Assembly (NCBI GenBank): GCA_964491925.1
Contig: CAZBGZ010000005.1
Location: forward strand, 1 to 57,093
Reading direction: 5' to 3'
DNA from: an uncultured Candidatus Saccharibacteria bacterium
GTDB lineage: Bacteria > Patescibacteriota > Saccharimonadia > Saccharimonadales > JAGQNJ01
DNA length: 57,093 bases
Made by a program: the position numbers and the translations under genes. This document shows positions 36,868-49,531 of the stretch, one piece after another; the stretch's first letter is position 1, and every line of letters starts with the position of its first letter. The notes beneath the pieces were generated by a model. It had not been told where the DNA came from, made no database searches, and worked only from the letters and a program-made list of their open reading frames with translations.

Positions 36868-37473
36868 ATGAGAAAAAAAGCTAGAATTAACTTAGACAAT
36901 GCTTATCCATGGATTTTAACTGTTTGCGCTAGCATCGGATTACTAGCCGCCTTTGTACTAACGCTTGAGAAAATTGCTTTACTAAAAGACCCTGGGCACC
37001 ACCTATCGTGCAGCTTAAACCCAGTACTCAGCTGTGGATCAATCATAGGGTCTCCAGAGGCATCAGCATTTGGGTTTCCCAATACACTCATAGGCTTGGC
37101 TAGTTTTGCAGTAGTCGTGACGATTGGGATAGGAATACTAGCGGGCGCGTCCTATAAGCGGTGGTTTTGGAGGGGGCTGCAAGCAGGATCAGTATTTGGG
37201 ATACTTTTTGTTCACTGGTTGATTTCAGAGAGTTTATACGAAATAGGAGCACTGTGTATTTATTGTATGGTAGTCTGGTCAATTACTTGGCCAATATTTT
37301 GGTATACAACGTTATATAACCTACGCAATGGCCACATCCCAACACCGAAAAGACTCGAGCGCCTAGTTGATTTTGCCCAACGGCATCACGCCGACATACT
37401 CGTCGCATGGTATGTGTTAATTATTGGCTTGATATTACAGAACTTTTGGTACTACTGGAGTACTCTAATCTAG
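36868..37473 (+). CDS. Vitamin K epoxide reductase (VKOR) family disulfide-forming protein
   Basis: SCSLNPVLSC, FGFPN, ALCIYC. Confidence 0.93.
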   Translation: MRKKARINLDNAYPWILTVCASIGLLAAFVLTLEKIALLKDPGHHLSCSLNPVLSCGSIIGSPEASAFGFPNTLIGLASFAVVVTIGIGILAGASYKRWFWRGLQAGSVFGILFVHWLISESLYEIGALCIYCMVVWSITWPIFWYTTLYNLRNGHIPTPKRLERLVDFAQRHHADILVAWYVLIIGLILQNFWYYWSTLI

Positions 37474-37487
37474 CCCCAAACATTGTA

Positions 37488-37665
37488 TTAAGCTTTCCCC
37501 CCTTGGTGACATACCATATTGTTACCCCTGGTTAGCCCTGCTCCGTGTTCGTTGAAGCACATCTTAAATCTTATTTGCTTATATATTGGCAGACCTACTG
37601 CAATCGACGCTAAAACAAGTGCGCAGACTACTAGTTTAGATTTTTGCGATAGTTTTTTTGATCAT
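37488..37665 (-). pseudogene. Small membrane-anchored protein interrupted by a frameshift in an A7 tract
   Basis: ATG ATC A7 CTA...; removing one A gives 58 aa MIKKLSQKSKLVVCALVLASIAVGLPIYKQ...CHQGGKA. Confidence 0.4.
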
Positions 37666-37677
37666 TAACAACAATAC

Positions 37678-38160
37678 TTACTTCTTCTTGCTAGTTCCTT
37701 TGAACTGGCTTCGTACTTGGAAAATAAAGTACAAACTAATAACTAGCCCGACTAAATTCCAGAAGAGTGTATAAATAGCACCAGCACTTATGTAGGACAA
37801 CGCGTAAAGAGCACAGTACCCAAAATATGCCAGCTCGCTGTAAAATATTAGATCCCAACCACGCGCTTCTTTATTTTTTAGTTTAGGAACAGCCATACCT
37901 ATGACAACCAAGTAGGCTATCAAAGCTAAAAACGATATCCATGCAAAAAACATATACTTTGTCGCGCCCACGACAGTAGCAAATGTTGATACAAAACCAA
38001 GTATGGTTAGCAAACTTAATGCTCCAAAAATTCCCAAAACTAGGCCGATTAGCGCAAAAATCCACGCATACTCGGCGATCCATTTCCGGGCTTTTTCTGG
38101 CAGTTGAAAGGGCGCTTTTGTTACTAGCACTTCATTTAGTTTATTTTCGAGATTTTCCAT
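37678..38160 (-). CDS. Hypothetical 4-TM membrane protein
   Basis: KAPFQLP..WI and GWDLIFY..LYFIFQVRS patterns; GGAGG RBS. Confidence 0.8.
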   Translation of the reverse strand: MENLENKLNEVLVTKAPFQLPEKARKWIAEYAWIFALIGLVLGIFGALSLLTILGFVSTFATVVGATKYMFFAWISFLALIAYLVVIGMAVPKLKNKEARGWDLIFYSELAYFGYCALYALSYISAGAIYTLFWNLVGLVISLYFIFQVRSQFKGTSKKK

Positions 38161-38239
38161 CTAATTCCCTCCGAAGCTTAAGTTATTTACTATAAATATA
38201 CTCTCCTTATTTAAACGTAGCAACGGATAACAAGGTACA

Positions 38240-41200
38240 ATGTATTTATTGATGACAGAGTTTGAAATACAATTTAGTCTACTGAACCAGGAACAGAGAA
38301 AAGCAGTAGAACAGACAGAGGGGCCAGTCCTGGTTATCGCTGGACCAGGAACTGGCAAGACTCAGCTGCTAAGCACTAGAGCAGCCTATATTCTACAAAA
38401 TACTGATGCTAGTGCCCACAATATCCTTTGCCTGACCTATACAGAGTCGGGTGCTTTTGCTATGCGTCAGCGTCTGGTAAACATTATTGGTCAAAAAGCT
38501 TATAACATAACCATTAGTACTTACCATGCTTTCGGTAGCGAGCTAATAAACAGATTTCCAGAGCAGTTTTCAAATACTAACGAGATGTCGGCGGTAGACG
38601 ATCTGGGGATGCACAGCATTTTATCAAAAATTATTAACAAACTACCGTACGATAATCCATTAAAAAAGAGCGAGTTTTATATAAACGACATTATCGGCTC
38701 GATTGGTGACTTCAAAAAAGCCCTATTAACTCCTGCTGACCTTCGATATATAGCTAAATCTAATCTGAAATTTATTGATTCTGCATCAAAGTTAACAAAA
38801 AAACACTTGGCAACTGTTTCGCGTATAGACAAAAAGTCAATAAGTGCTTTCGAAAAGCTTGCGGCTGATACGGCAAGAATCAGTGCAAAAGAAGAGCTTC
38901 CGAACACTAAAAGCATGCAAAATCTATGGCAAGAGCAGCTTGAAAAAGCAATAGAGAACGTTTATGAGTCCGGGAAGACAACACCAATTACAGATTGGAA
39001 AAATATTTGGTTAGAGAAAGATAATAATGGGATTTTTATTCCTTCAGGCAAAAATACTGCGAATAAACTACTGGCATTGTCTGGAATTTACGAGTCATAT
39101 TTGGCAGAACTACAGAAACAAGCACTCTACGACTATGACGACATGATTCTGCAAGCCATAGAAGGCTTAAAATCGAACAAAGGCTTACGATATACCCTTC
39201 AGGAACAATATCTGTACATAATGTTAGACGAATTTCAGGATACTAATGGAGCCCAGTTAGAGCTAGTTAGGCTATTAACTGATAGCCCTGTTTACGAAGG
39301 GAGGCCAAACATCCTGGCCGTTGGGGATGATGATCAAGCAATTTTCAGCTTTCAAGGATCTGACTACTCGCACATGGCCACCTTCGTTCATATATACAGG
39401 GACCCGACTGTTATAACTCTAACTAAAAATTACCGTTCACATTCTGACATTTTGCACACAGCGCACAATGTAAGCACGCAAATAGAAGAACGTCTCCACC
39501 ACAAAATGGATGGGATAAACAAGTTTTTGACGGCTGAAAATAAAGACCTGCCATCACACGCCGATATTGAGAGACACGAGTTCAAGAGCGATGTGGCACA
39601 ATTCGCCTGGGTCACTAAGGAGATAACAGACCTTATCAAAAATGGAACCAGCCCAGACGAAATAGCAATAATAGCTCCAAAACACAAGTACTTGGAGCCG
39701 ATAGTACCGTATCTAGCAAAAGCCGGAGTGCCCGTTAGGTACGAGAAAAGGGAAAACATATTGAACGACCCAGCGATACTTCAGGTTATTCGAATGAGTC
39801 AGCTAATTAGTGCTGTAAAATCTGGCAACACCAAAATCGCTGATGGTATCTGGCCCGAGATTCTTAGTTATGACTTTTGGGAAATTCCAACTGAGGAAAT
39901 TTGGAAGCTATCCTGGGAGGCGAGAGAATCAAAAAGCAGCTGGATAGATATAATAATGTCAAAAGATACCCTAAAGCCTATTGGTCTATTTTTTATGCGT
40001 CTAGGGAACATTTCGGCTAATGAAATGTTGGAGTCAATAATGGATTACCTGATAGGGACAACGCCAATAAGCTTTCACGAAAAAGGAATTTCTGACTATA
40101 CGTGTCCCTATTTCCAATATTATTTTGGCGATAAAATGCAAGTATCCAAACAGAGAGATTTTTGGAACTTGCTGTCTAATTTGACAGTTTTACGTCAGCA
40201 CCTACGTGCACACCGTGGATCATCTGGTAGACAATTGTATATAGATGATTTTATTAATTTTGTTGACGAACATGTCGAAGCAGATATAAAAATTTTGAAC
40301 ACCAGTCCATACCACGAATCCGCTCAAGCCGTTCAGATTATGACCGTCTATAAATCCAAAGGGTTAGAGTTTCAGACTGTGTTTATGCTAGCCTGTATTG
40401 ATGAAGCATGGGGGAGTAAATCATCAGCTAGAACTGCTAAGGTTCCTTTACCAGTTAATTTGGCGCATATAAGATATAGTGGAGCGACTGACGATGAAAA
40501 ACTTCGCTTGTTATTCGTAGCAATTACAAGAGCAAAACACAGCCTGTTTATGACAAGTTATACAAATACATATGCCAACCGACCAACCTCTCGCATCAAG
40601 TTCTTCGATGAAATTGAACGTGAGGGGAAACCTTCTAGCGGTATTCTCCCCACAAGGTACCAGGAAGTACATTTGACAGACTCTGGCTTGCCCAGCATCG
40701 ATGACCTATCAACTTACTGGACGGATCGACACCTAGAACTTTCTCAAGATGTCAGGTTTAGAGATTTACTGGCACCAAGGCTAGAGCGTTACCAGTTAGC
40801 GCCAACTAACCTGAATTCTTTTACTGATTTAGTCTATGGCGGCCCTAAAGAGTTTTTTCTAAATACGCTATTGCGTTTTCCCACCGCGCCGACACCAGCA
40901 GGCGAGTTTGGTGATGCTGTGCACGCAACGATCGAATGGCTGCATATACAATTAACGTCGACTGGTCAATTACCGAATTTGCCCAAAACCAACGAACACT
41001 TCTATGTGGAATTATCAAAAAGAAACCTAAGCGATACAAGCTTTGAACTAATGAAAGACAGGGGTGAAAAATGCTTTCAAGCATTCTTAGCGCAAAAGTC
41101 TGATACTTTCAGACCTGATGATTTGCACGAAATTGACTTTAGGAAGGAGGGCGTTTTGTTAGGCCCTGCGCATTTAACAGGGAAAATAGACAAAATGATT

Positions 41201-41575
41201 ATTGATAAGCCGAGTAAAACTATTGCTATAATTGATTTCAAAACTGGCTCATCCTACAAAGCCTGGAAAGCTAACGACCCTAAACTACACAAATACAAAC
41301 AGCAGCTATACATGTACAAACTACTGGTCGAAGGTTCTTATACATATGCCGACTACACTGTGAAAGATGCGTATTTACAGTTCGTGGAACCAAACGATGA
41401 TGGCCAAATAGTTGACTTGCATTTGGTTTTAGATAGCTATGAGCTGAAACGAACGAGAGACCTAGCAATTGCTGTTTGGAAGCGGATACAAAAACTCGAT
41501 TTACCCGATGTTACTAAATATGAGAAAACCATGAAGGGAATAAGATCCTTCGAAGATGATCTAATAAAAAGTTAA
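38240..41575 (+). CDS. UvrD-family helicase fused to a C-terminal PD-(D/E)XK nuclease (AdnAB/AddA-like)
   Basis: AGPGTGKT, DEFQD, VGDDDQAIF, NYRS, KSKGLEF, VAITRA; C-terminal GKIDK..IIDFKT..QL.MY. Confidence 0.93.
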   Translation: MYLLMTEFEIQFSLLNQEQRKAVEQTEGPVLVIAGPGTGKTQLLSTRAAYILQNTDASAHNILCLTYTESGAFAMRQRLVNIIGQKAYNITISTYHAFGSELINRFPEQFSNTNEMSAVDDLGMHSILSKIINKLPYDNPLKKSEFYINDIIGSIGDFKKALLTPADLRYIAKSNLKFIDSASKLTKKHLATVSRIDKKSISAFEKLAADTARISAKEELPNTKSMQNLWQEQLEKAIENVYESGKTTPITDWKNIWLEKDNNGIFIPSGKNTANKLLALSGIYESYLAELQKQALYDYDDMILQAIEGLKSNKGLRYTLQEQYLYIMLDEFQDTNGAQLELVRLLTDSPVYEGRPNILAVGDDDQAIFSFQGSDYSHMATFVHIYRDPTVITLTKNYRSHSDILHTAHNVSTQIEERLHHKMDGINKFLTAENKDLPSHADIERHEFKSDVAQFAWVTKEITDLIKNGTSPDEIAIIAPKHKYLEPIVPYLAKAGVPVRYEKRENILNDPAILQVIRMSQLISAVKSGNTKIADGIWPEILSYDFWEIPTEEIWKLSWEARESKSSWIDIIMSKDTLKPIGLFFMRLGNISANEMLESIMDYLIGTTPISFHEKGISDYTCPYFQYYFGDKMQVSKQRDFWNLLSNLTVLRQHLRAHRGSSGRQLYIDDFINFVDEHVEADIKILNTSPYHESAQAVQIMTVYKSKGLEFQTVFMLACIDEAWGSKSSARTAKVPLPVNLAHIRYSGATDDEKLRLLFVAITRAKHSLFMTSYTNTYANRPTSRIKFFDEIEREGKPSSGILPTRYQEVHLTDSGLPSIDDLSTYWTDRHLELSQDVRFRDLLAPRLERYQLAPTNLNSFTDLVYGGPKEFFLNTLLRFPTAPTPAGEFGDAVHATIEWLHIQLTSTGQLPNLPKTNEHFYVELSKRNLSDTSFELMKDRGEKCFQAFLAQKSDTFRPDDLHEIDFRKEGVLLGPAHLTGKIDKMIIDKPSKTIAIIDFKTGSSYKAWKANDPKLHKYKQQLYMYKLLVEGSYTYADYTVKDAYLQFVEPNDDGQIVDLHLVLDSYELKRTRDLAIAVWKRIQKLDLPDVTKYEKTMKGIRSFEDDLIKS

Positions 41576-41585
41576 GAACTAGGAT

Positions 41586-42300
41586 CTACTTTTTCTTTTT
41601 TGATGACGAGGACTTTTTCGTTACTGTCTTTTTTGAAACTGCTGTTCTTGACGAGCTATTCATAACAAAGACAGAGCTAGGCTGACTTGCGAAAAGCAGA
41701 GAATACAGATTCATACCAACGAGGCCACCTAAAACTGGGCCAACAACGTAAGCAATGCTCCATGATTGTACTCCTAGAGCAGCTGCTGGGTTTAGAATAC
41801 CGTTCGATGCAACGCCTGACACAATAATACCGACTGCCAAAGAGCCACCGATTGCTGATGCTAATTTCCCACCATCGTATTTGTTAAATACTGCGGCAGC
41901 TATTCCAAAAGTGAAGATCATTGTTCCGACTATTTCGGCTACCATAACCTGCCATTTAAAAGTTGGGCCTGCAATATTTTGAATGTCACCAGCAGACAGG
42001 TATACATAAAGCTTGTATGTTGCTGCTGCACCGACGAACTGTGCTGCTATGTAAGCAGCTGCCTTTAGGTGGCTGATTTTTTTAATTGACCATAACCCGA
42101 CCGTAACGGCTGGGTTGACGTGTGCACCAGAAGTCAATCCAATCGATAAAACCAATACAGACATGGTCAGCCCTACACCTAAAGCGACGAAATATGGCAC
42201 ACCCACTGCAGATCTCGATACCGCTAATATACTAAAAGTCAAGATCGCCGTGCCAAGAGCTTCGGCTACAACTACTGATAAATTCTTACGAGAAAACATA
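41586..42300 (-). CDS. MIP/aquaporin family channel
   Basis: SGAHVNPAVT and ILNPAAA motifs; start chosen at MFSRK after AAGGGA. Confidence 0.92.
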
Positions 42301-42363
42301 CTTATTAATCCCTTCATTAGTTTTGATTCTATATTAGTATAACCCAAAGTTGCAGGCAAGTGG

Positions 42364-42794
42364 CTATTGATTGCGCCTTCGACGTCGTTTTAACTCAGAG
42401 ACCTTTAGCCTAACCGCACTGCGATCTAACAAACTCTGAGCTTTGTCAAGTGATACTTGATCTTTCGCTGTGCGCTTCAGCTCTAGAGCTTCTTGATGAG
42501 CCTTCTCAGCCTCTATTTCGTTGATCTCGTCTGCAGTATCTGCTTCATCAACCAATACCCGGATACCGTTATCAGCAATCTCGATAACACCCCCATTAGT
42601 AGCATAGGTCGTCATTAAATCATCTGGATCGTTGGCTTTTTTGCGAACGTTTATTATCCCAGGAACGGCAATGCTAATCAGTGGCATATGATGCTGAAAA
42701 ACAGCAATAATACCTTGCGGGGTCGGCAGAAGTACCTCGTGCGCCTCGCTGGCAAATTTGGTCCCGTTTAGTGTTACTAGCTCAAAATGTATCA

Positions 42795-42795
<1 letters not shown>
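42364..42795 (-). CDS. atpC: ATP synthase epsilon subunit
   Basis: HHMPLIS and NGGVIEI motifs; operon position. Confidence 0.93.
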
Positions 42796-44189
<1,394 letters not shown>

Positions 44190-44223
44190 TTAATTCTTTC
44201 GTTGATATATAAATGCATGTTGG

Positions 44224-45093
44224 TCATTTCATGGCCTCCGCTCCGCCGGTTATTTCTGCTAATTCCTGGGTTATAGCTGACTGTCTAGCAGTGTTAAACG
44301 CCAATGTTAAATCCTCTACTAGGTCATTAGCATTATCAGTGGCATTTTTCATAGCCATCATACGCATTGATTGTTCGCTAGCCTGTGACTCGAAAAAAGC
44401 CTGGGTCAAGTTAGCTTCTATTAGGCGCATGGTGACATTTTCTAAAACTGCTTGCACTGATGGTTCAAATTCAGCTGATTCTAGGTCATTGGATATCGGA
44501 ACTTCGCTGTATGCAGCAGGAAGCAAACGATCAGACCGTACAACCTGACTGATACTAGATTTGAAGTCGGTATACAAAATATCCACCACATCAACTTCTC
44601 TATTTGTATATTTGTCAGTAACTGTTGTTAATATAGGCCGAATATCATTTGGGGTAGGGTGTTCTGGGAATTCTCGGTAAACTGCGATGACCTCTATATC
44701 ATCAAACCTAGTGATAAACTGAGCGGCTTGTTTACCAACAACGATGACTTGGCTTTTAATCCTAGCTATTTTGTCGGCCTGCAATTCTTTGGCTAGTTGC
44801 CTCAGAACATTGCTGTTATACGCACCGGCTAGACCACGGTCGCTGGTTATTGCAATGTGCAATCTTGTTTTAATGACTTTTCGGGTTGCGAACAGCGGGT
44901 GTTTTTCTACGTCTGTTAGTTCACGAAGACGAGTTAGAATCTGGCTCGCTAGGTTACGGTAATCTCGAGAACGAAAGGCATTTTCTTGGGCCTTACGCAT
45001 TTTGCTAGCCGAAACTAGCTCCATTGCCTTAGTAATCTGCTTGGTGTTCTTTACACTAGTAATCCGCCGTTTAAGCTGGGTAGTATTAGCCAT
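44224..45093 (-). CDS. atpG: ATP synthase gamma subunit
   Basis: [29 protein letters not shown]. Confidence 0.98.
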   Translation of the reverse strand: MANTTQLKRRITSVKNTKQITKAMELVSASKMRKAQENAFRSRDYRNLASQILTRLRELTDVEKHPLFATRKVIKTRLHIAITSDRGLAGAYNSNVLRQLAKELQADKIARIKSQVIVVGKQAAQFITRFDDIEVIAVYREFPEHPTPNDIRPILTTVTDKYTNREVDVVDILYTDFKSSISQVVRSDRLLPAAYSEVPISNDLESAEFEPSVQAVLENVTMRLIEANLTQAFFESQASEQSMRMMAMKNATDNANDLVEDLTLAFNTARQSAITQELAEITGGAEAMK

Positions 45094-46621
45094 TAACTGT
45101 GTATTCCTTGGCTATTTCTTTGGCTGACTTCAGGATTGCTTGCATGGTTTTTTCATCTGGTTTATCACCTTTATCTAGTGCTTCCATGGTTTTCTTATGC
45201 GCTGATCGTAGATTATTTAATAGAGCATCCTGGGCTTTCTTGATACTTTCAACGGGGACCTTGTCAAATGCACCTTCATTAGCTGCTAATAAAGTTGCGG
45301 TTTGTTGCCAAACAGAAAGTGGGGAATACTGCGGTTGTTTCAAAAGTTCTGTTAAGCGCTGGCCGCGTTCGATACTTTGTTTTGTTTCCGGATCTAGGTC
45401 AGTAGAGAATTGGCTAAAGGCCGCAAGCTCACGAAACTGAGCCAAGGACAACCGAAGGTTGCCGGCTACGCTCTTTACGGCTTTTGTCTGAGCGCTACCA
45501 CCCACACGAGACACTGACAGCCCTACCGAAATAGCTGGCCTAATACCTTGATAAAACAGACTAGTTTCTAAGAAAATCTGCCCGTCGGTAATCGAAATAA
45601 CGTTAGTGGGGATGTAGGCGCTAATATCTCCTGCCTGAGTCTCGATGATTGGCAAGGCAGTCAAACTACCGCCACCCAGAGCATCACTCATTTTTGCAGA
45701 ACGTTCTAAAAGTCGAGAGTGGAGATAGAAAACATCACCTGGATAAGCTTCACGGCCTGGTGGGCGTCGCAATAATAGCGACATTTGTCTGTATGCAGTA
45801 GCATGCTTCGAAAGATCGTCATAAATAATCAGTGCGTGCTGGCCGTTATCTCGAAAATATTCACCCATAGCTGTACCAGAATATGGTGCTAAATATTGCA
45901 AACTGGCAGGGTCAGAAGCTGATGTAGCAACAATAATTGATTGATCCATAACTCCTTCGCGCTTTAGTCTTTCTGCAAGGCGAGCAACTTTTGATAATTT
46001 TTGACCAATTGCAACATAGATGTTAATAACACCCGTGCCTTGTCTGTGTTGGTTTATCATAGTGTCCACGGCTACGGCTGTTTTACCAGTCTGGCGGTCA
46101 CCGATAATTAATTCTCGCTGCCCACGACCGATTGGGACCATTGCGTCAATAGACATTAGGCCCGTCATGAGTGGTTCATGTACTCCTTTGCGGTCTAGTA
46201 CCCCTGGGGCAGTTTTTTCGATAGCACCAGTGGATTTTGCTTTTATAGGTCCACGATTGTCTAGCGGGTTACCGAGAGGGTCAACCACTCGGCCTATTAG
46301 TTCTGGCCCTACGGGTACCTCTAGAATCTTTCCGGTGAGTCGAACTTTCGCGCCAGCACGAATGTTTGTATCATCGCCCAAAATTACAGCACCGATTTCG
46401 TCTTCCATAAGGTTCAACGCAAAGGCCGAGACCTTATTACCATCGATGCCATCAATCTCGATCATCTCTGAATATCCAGTGTTATAAAGACCATAAATCC
46501 AAGCCACACCGTCACCAATACGTGTTACAACACCAACTTTTTCGACGTCAGGGCTGGTTTTCAGAGCATCAATAGCTGCCTTGATATCACTTGATAATTC
46601 TTTTACGCTCATATCTTTCAT
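45086..46621 (-). CDS. atpA: ATP synthase alpha subunit
   Basis: [29 protein letters not shown]. Confidence 0.99.
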   Translation of the reverse strand: MKDMSVKELSSDIKAAIDALKTSPDVEKVGVVTRIGDGVAWIYGLYNTGYSEMIEIDGIDGNKVSAFALNLMEDEIGAVILGDDTNIRAGAKVRLTGKILEVPVGPELIGRVVDPLGNPLDNRGPIKAKSTGAIEKTAPGVLDRKGVHEPLMTGLMSIDAMVPIGRGQRELIIGDRQTGKTAVAVDTMINQHRQGTGVINIYVAIGQKLSKVARLAERLKREGVMDQSIIVATSASDPASLQYLAPYSGTAMGEYFRDNGQHALIIYDDLSKHATAYRQMSLLLRRPPGREAYPGDVFYLHSRLLERSAKMSDALGGGSLTALPIIETQAGDISAYIPTNVISITDGQIFLETSLFYQGIRPAISVGLSVSRVGGSAQTKAVKSVAGNLRLSLAQFRELAAFSQFSTDLDPETKQSIERGQRLTELLKQPQYSPLSVWQQTATLLAANEGAFDKVPVESIKKAQDALLNNLRSAHKKTMEALDKGDKPDEKTMQAILKSAKEIAKEYTVNG

Positions 46622-47001
46622 TAAACTTTTACTCCTTTTAGCCGATTCAATCGGTTGCGTACGGTTAGATCTAACTGTTTTTCGCTAGTCTCCAACCGAA
46701 CACCACCGAGCATTTCGGGATCTATTACTTCATTAGTAATTGTGTTTTTAGCTCCAAACAGGGCACATATAGCTTTCTTGGCTTCATCATTAAGCTTGAA
46801 AGCACTTGTTGCAGTAACCTCAACTGAACCGCTCTTTGCTTCGCGCTGTCTCATAACTTCGCGCATTATTGCATCTAGCTCGCCCGACCGACGATTTTGG
46901 ACTAAATAAGATGCTAACATCTCGCTGATACGTCTTGCAGAATGTTTTTCACTCATGTACATAACAGCTCTGGCAATGTCTTTTCGTGTCGGCGTACTCA
47001 T
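46621..47001 (-). CDS. atpH: ATP synthase delta subunit (short form)
   Basis: [19 protein letters not shown]; operon position. Confidence 0.9.
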   Translation of the reverse strand: MSTPTRKDIARAVMYMSEKHSARRISEMLASYLVQNRRSGELDAIMREVMRQREAKSGSVEVTATSAFKLNDEAKKAICALFGAKNTITNEVIDPEMLGGVRLETSEKQLDLTVRNRLNRLKGVKV

Positions 47002-47546
47002 GCGCGACCACCGACCTTAGCGAAGGCCCTTTTGATTAGAGATTCGTCTTTTTTAGCATCTAGTTTCTCGGATATGATCACTTCTGTTGCTTCTGCAACA
47101 AGGTTGCGCATCTCGTGTTCGAGTTCTTTTCTAGAATGTTCTATATCGGCATCAATTTTTGCATGAGCATCAGCTAGTAAAGCATCTGCTTTGCGTAATG
47201 CGGATTCTTCGGCCGCTTTTATTATTTCGCCAGACTCTTTTTGTCCGTCAGCAATTATTTTATCCGCCTGAACTCGAGCTTTTTGAAGTACTGACTCGAA
47301 CTTTTCATCAAGTTTTTCTTTTTCTAATTCCATTTCGCGGCCCAGTCTAATGCCGTCATCAATAGTTTTTCGACGCTTTTCTAGTGTTGCTACTATTTTC
47401 TCTAATGCGAACTTTTTGATAATAAAAAACAGGATCAGAAATGTAACTGCCTGAGCAAGAATCGCCAATGCATCAATGCCAAGTGCTCCAATACCTTTGG
47501 TTTCTTCCGCCGCTCCAAAACTGGTAAATAAACTAAAAATTTCCAT
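46998..47546 (-). CDS. atpF: ATP synthase b subunit
   Basis: Single TM segment (QAVTFLIL) followed by a long charged coiled coil; operon position. Confidence 0.93.
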   Translation of the reverse strand: MEIFSLFTSFGAAEETKGIGALGIDALAILAQAVTFLILFFIIKKFALEKIVATLEKRRKTIDDGIRLGREMELEKEKLDEKFESVLQKARVQADKIIADGQKESGEIIKAAEESALRKADALLADAHAKIDADIEHSRKELEHEMRNLVAEATEVIISEKLDAKKDESLIKRAFAKVGGRA

Positions 47547-47678
47547 CTTCTCCTCTTATTATCTTATCAGACATCTGTTATAGTCTGTAAATTTTTTCTC
47601 TCGCTGAGCTGGGGTAATTTATATAAGTACAGTACCCATTTGTATTTTCCAGTTCCGCATCTCGTAAGTAGCGTTTAG

Positions 47679-47777
47679 CTTTAGTGGGCTGCGCGGCGGG
47701 GTCGAGAAACGCAAGTCCGGCGTATTTAATGATACGTCGCAAGCGTATCGCAGGCCCCGACAAAGCAGCCCGCAAAG
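47679..47777. repeat. GC-rich nested palindromic element between atpE and atpF
   Basis: Outer GGGCTGC/GCAGCCC, inner CGGGGTC/GGCCCCG, core CGGCGTAT-TTAATG-ATACGTCG. Confidence 0.65.
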
Positions 47778-47783
47778 ATAACG

Positions 47784-48038
47784 CTACGAAAGTAGGAAAG
47801 CGCCTAGCAGGAATGCTAGCAACGCCGTAACTTCGATCATCGCAGCGATAATGATGATCTGACTAGCTGCTTTTCCCGCTTCTGGGTTTCGACCCAAAGC
47901 TTTCATGTAGCTAGACCCAACCCAACCCAAACCAAACGCCGCTGTACCCAAGGCAATGCCGAGCATTATGCCTTTAGCAACGATCGGGGTGTCGCTAGCT
48001 GCTGCTTCAGCAGCAAATGTTGTTAATTGTGGAACCAT
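47784..48038 (-). CDS. atpE: ATP synthase c subunit
   Basis: GRNPEA loop; AMIE carries the ion-binding Glu. Confidence 0.95.
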   Translation of the reverse strand: MVPQLTTFAAEAAASDTPIVAKGIMLGIALGTAAFGLGWVGSSYMKALGRNPEAGKAASQIIIIAAMIEVTALLAFLLGAFLLS

Positions 48039-48106
48039 TTTTTCTCCTTGCCGTGACTTCGTTAAAACGAAAACCCGGACTTAAATTTTACCTTTATTCT
48101 TGTTCC

Positions 48107-48967
48107 TCACGACGCAGATGCACCTTCGACCTTTTTAGATGTATCAGTTAAGTCATGATTCTTGTCATTGTGGCCATGGTCATCTGAGTGGGATATAGCC
48201 AAACTTAGGTAAGTAGCGGCTAGAACAGCAAAAACGTACGCCTGTATGCCGGCAACAAGTAGTTCAAACAGAATAATTGGGATTACAGCCAGTGGCGTCC
48301 GACCGTGGGAAACAATCAGGGAAGTAAACACCGCGATTAAAATCTCGCCAACGGCAGTATTTAAGAATAACCTAAGGCTGAGGCTTAATATACGCGTCAA
48401 CTCTCCAAAAACTTCTAGAATACCGATAAAAAAGTTAATGGGGTTGAAAGGCTTATCGCTAAAATAGTGTTGAATGTGCTTCTTTCCACCTTGCTCTTTT
48501 ATCGACAGATACTGAACTAGCAAGATTGCAGTTACAGATAGTGCAATTGTGCCATTTAGATCGGCAGTAAAGGCACGGAAAAGTGGGACTGCCCCCTCGG
48601 CGCTGTTGTAGGAAAGTGCAGGGCCAGCCCAGGGGAAAATACCGAGAATATTATTGAAAATAATGAATATGAAAAATGTGCCAAAAATTGGGGCGAATTT
48701 GACAGCCCGTTTTCGGGAACCAAAAGCTCCTTCGAGCAAGCCGATAATGAATTCTGTAATCATTTCAATAAACTGGGAAAAACCCTTTCGAGGCTCAACC
48801 TTTATTTTCTTTGCGGCGATGACCATTACTAATGCTATGAAAACCGAAGTAATCACCCCATAAAGGATAGAATTAGTAACCGTTAGTGGGCCTATGTCGA
48901 ACAAAGGCTCGGCCTTTAGACTGACGTGCAAATCTGAATTTGCGAAAAAATTAAGTAGACCTAGCAA
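48107..48967 (-). CDS. atpB: ATP synthase a subunit
   Basis: TADLN, SLSLRLFLN, IQAYVF. Confidence 0.96.
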   Translation of the reverse strand: MLGLLNFFANSDLHVSLKAEPLFDIGPLTVTNSILYGVITSVFIALVMVIAAKKIKVEPRKGFSQFIEMITEFIIGLLEGAFGSRKRAVKFAPIFGTFFIFIIFNNILGIFPWAGPALSYNSAEGAVPLFRAFTADLNGTIALSVTAILLVQYLSIKEQGGKKHIQHYFSDKPFNPINFFIGILEVFGELTRILSLSLRLFLNTAVGEILIAVFTSLIVSHGRTPLAVIPIILFELLVAGIQAYVFAVLAATYLSLAISHSDDHGHNDKNHDLTDTSKKVEGASAS

Positions 48968-49124
48968 GATACAACCCCCTGGGCCAAAACAAAATTAAAA
49001 CCGTGCGTCGATGTTTTTTCGGCGTATTTACTCATTTACTGACATTAGTATATACAACATCACCCCTGTCCGCAAGACGTATTTATAACGACAGTTAATG
49101 CCGCATGCATGGTATAATAAAGTT

Positions 49125-49307
49125 ATGGAAATTTTCGCACATGTTGTTGGGGAGCACCAGATTGACAACCCTTTAAGGCTAGTTATGCATCTGGCGACTA
49201 GCTGGGTCATAATTTTGGCAGTTCCATTTCTGATTGGAATATGTGGCGCTTACTTTATCATCAAAAACAAGCTCAAGGTCGCAAGACAAGAAAAGAGGAA
49301 AGAATGA
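49125..49307 (+). CDS. Small single-TM protein
   Basis: TATAAT 6 nt upstream; ATGA overlap with the glutaredoxin gene. Confidence 0.55.
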   Translation: MEIFAHVVGEHQIDNPLRLVMHLATSWVIILAVPFLIGICGAYFIIKNKLKVARQEKRKE

Positions 49308-49531
49308 TAACCGTTTATACAACCCCGACCTGTGTTTTTTGTAAGGCAGTCAAACAATACTTAAAAGACAAAAAAGTCGAATTCAAAGAGAAGGACCTAA
49401 CCCAGGACCAAGAGTCAGCAAAATGGGTTTACGAGAACACCGGGCAAATGGCTGTACCTGTGACCGTGATAAATGACACTATTATTGTTGGTTTTGATCG
49501 CCCGCAGATTGACGCGGCACTAGCTAACTAA
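49304..49531 (+). CDS. Glutaredoxin-like protein (NrdH/YruB type)
   Basis: VYTTPTCVFC, GQMAVPV, IVGFD. Confidence 0.92.
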   Translation: MITVYTTPTCVFCKAVKQYLKDKKVEFKEKDLTQDQESAKWVYENTGQMAVPVTVINDTIIVGFDRPQIDAALAN

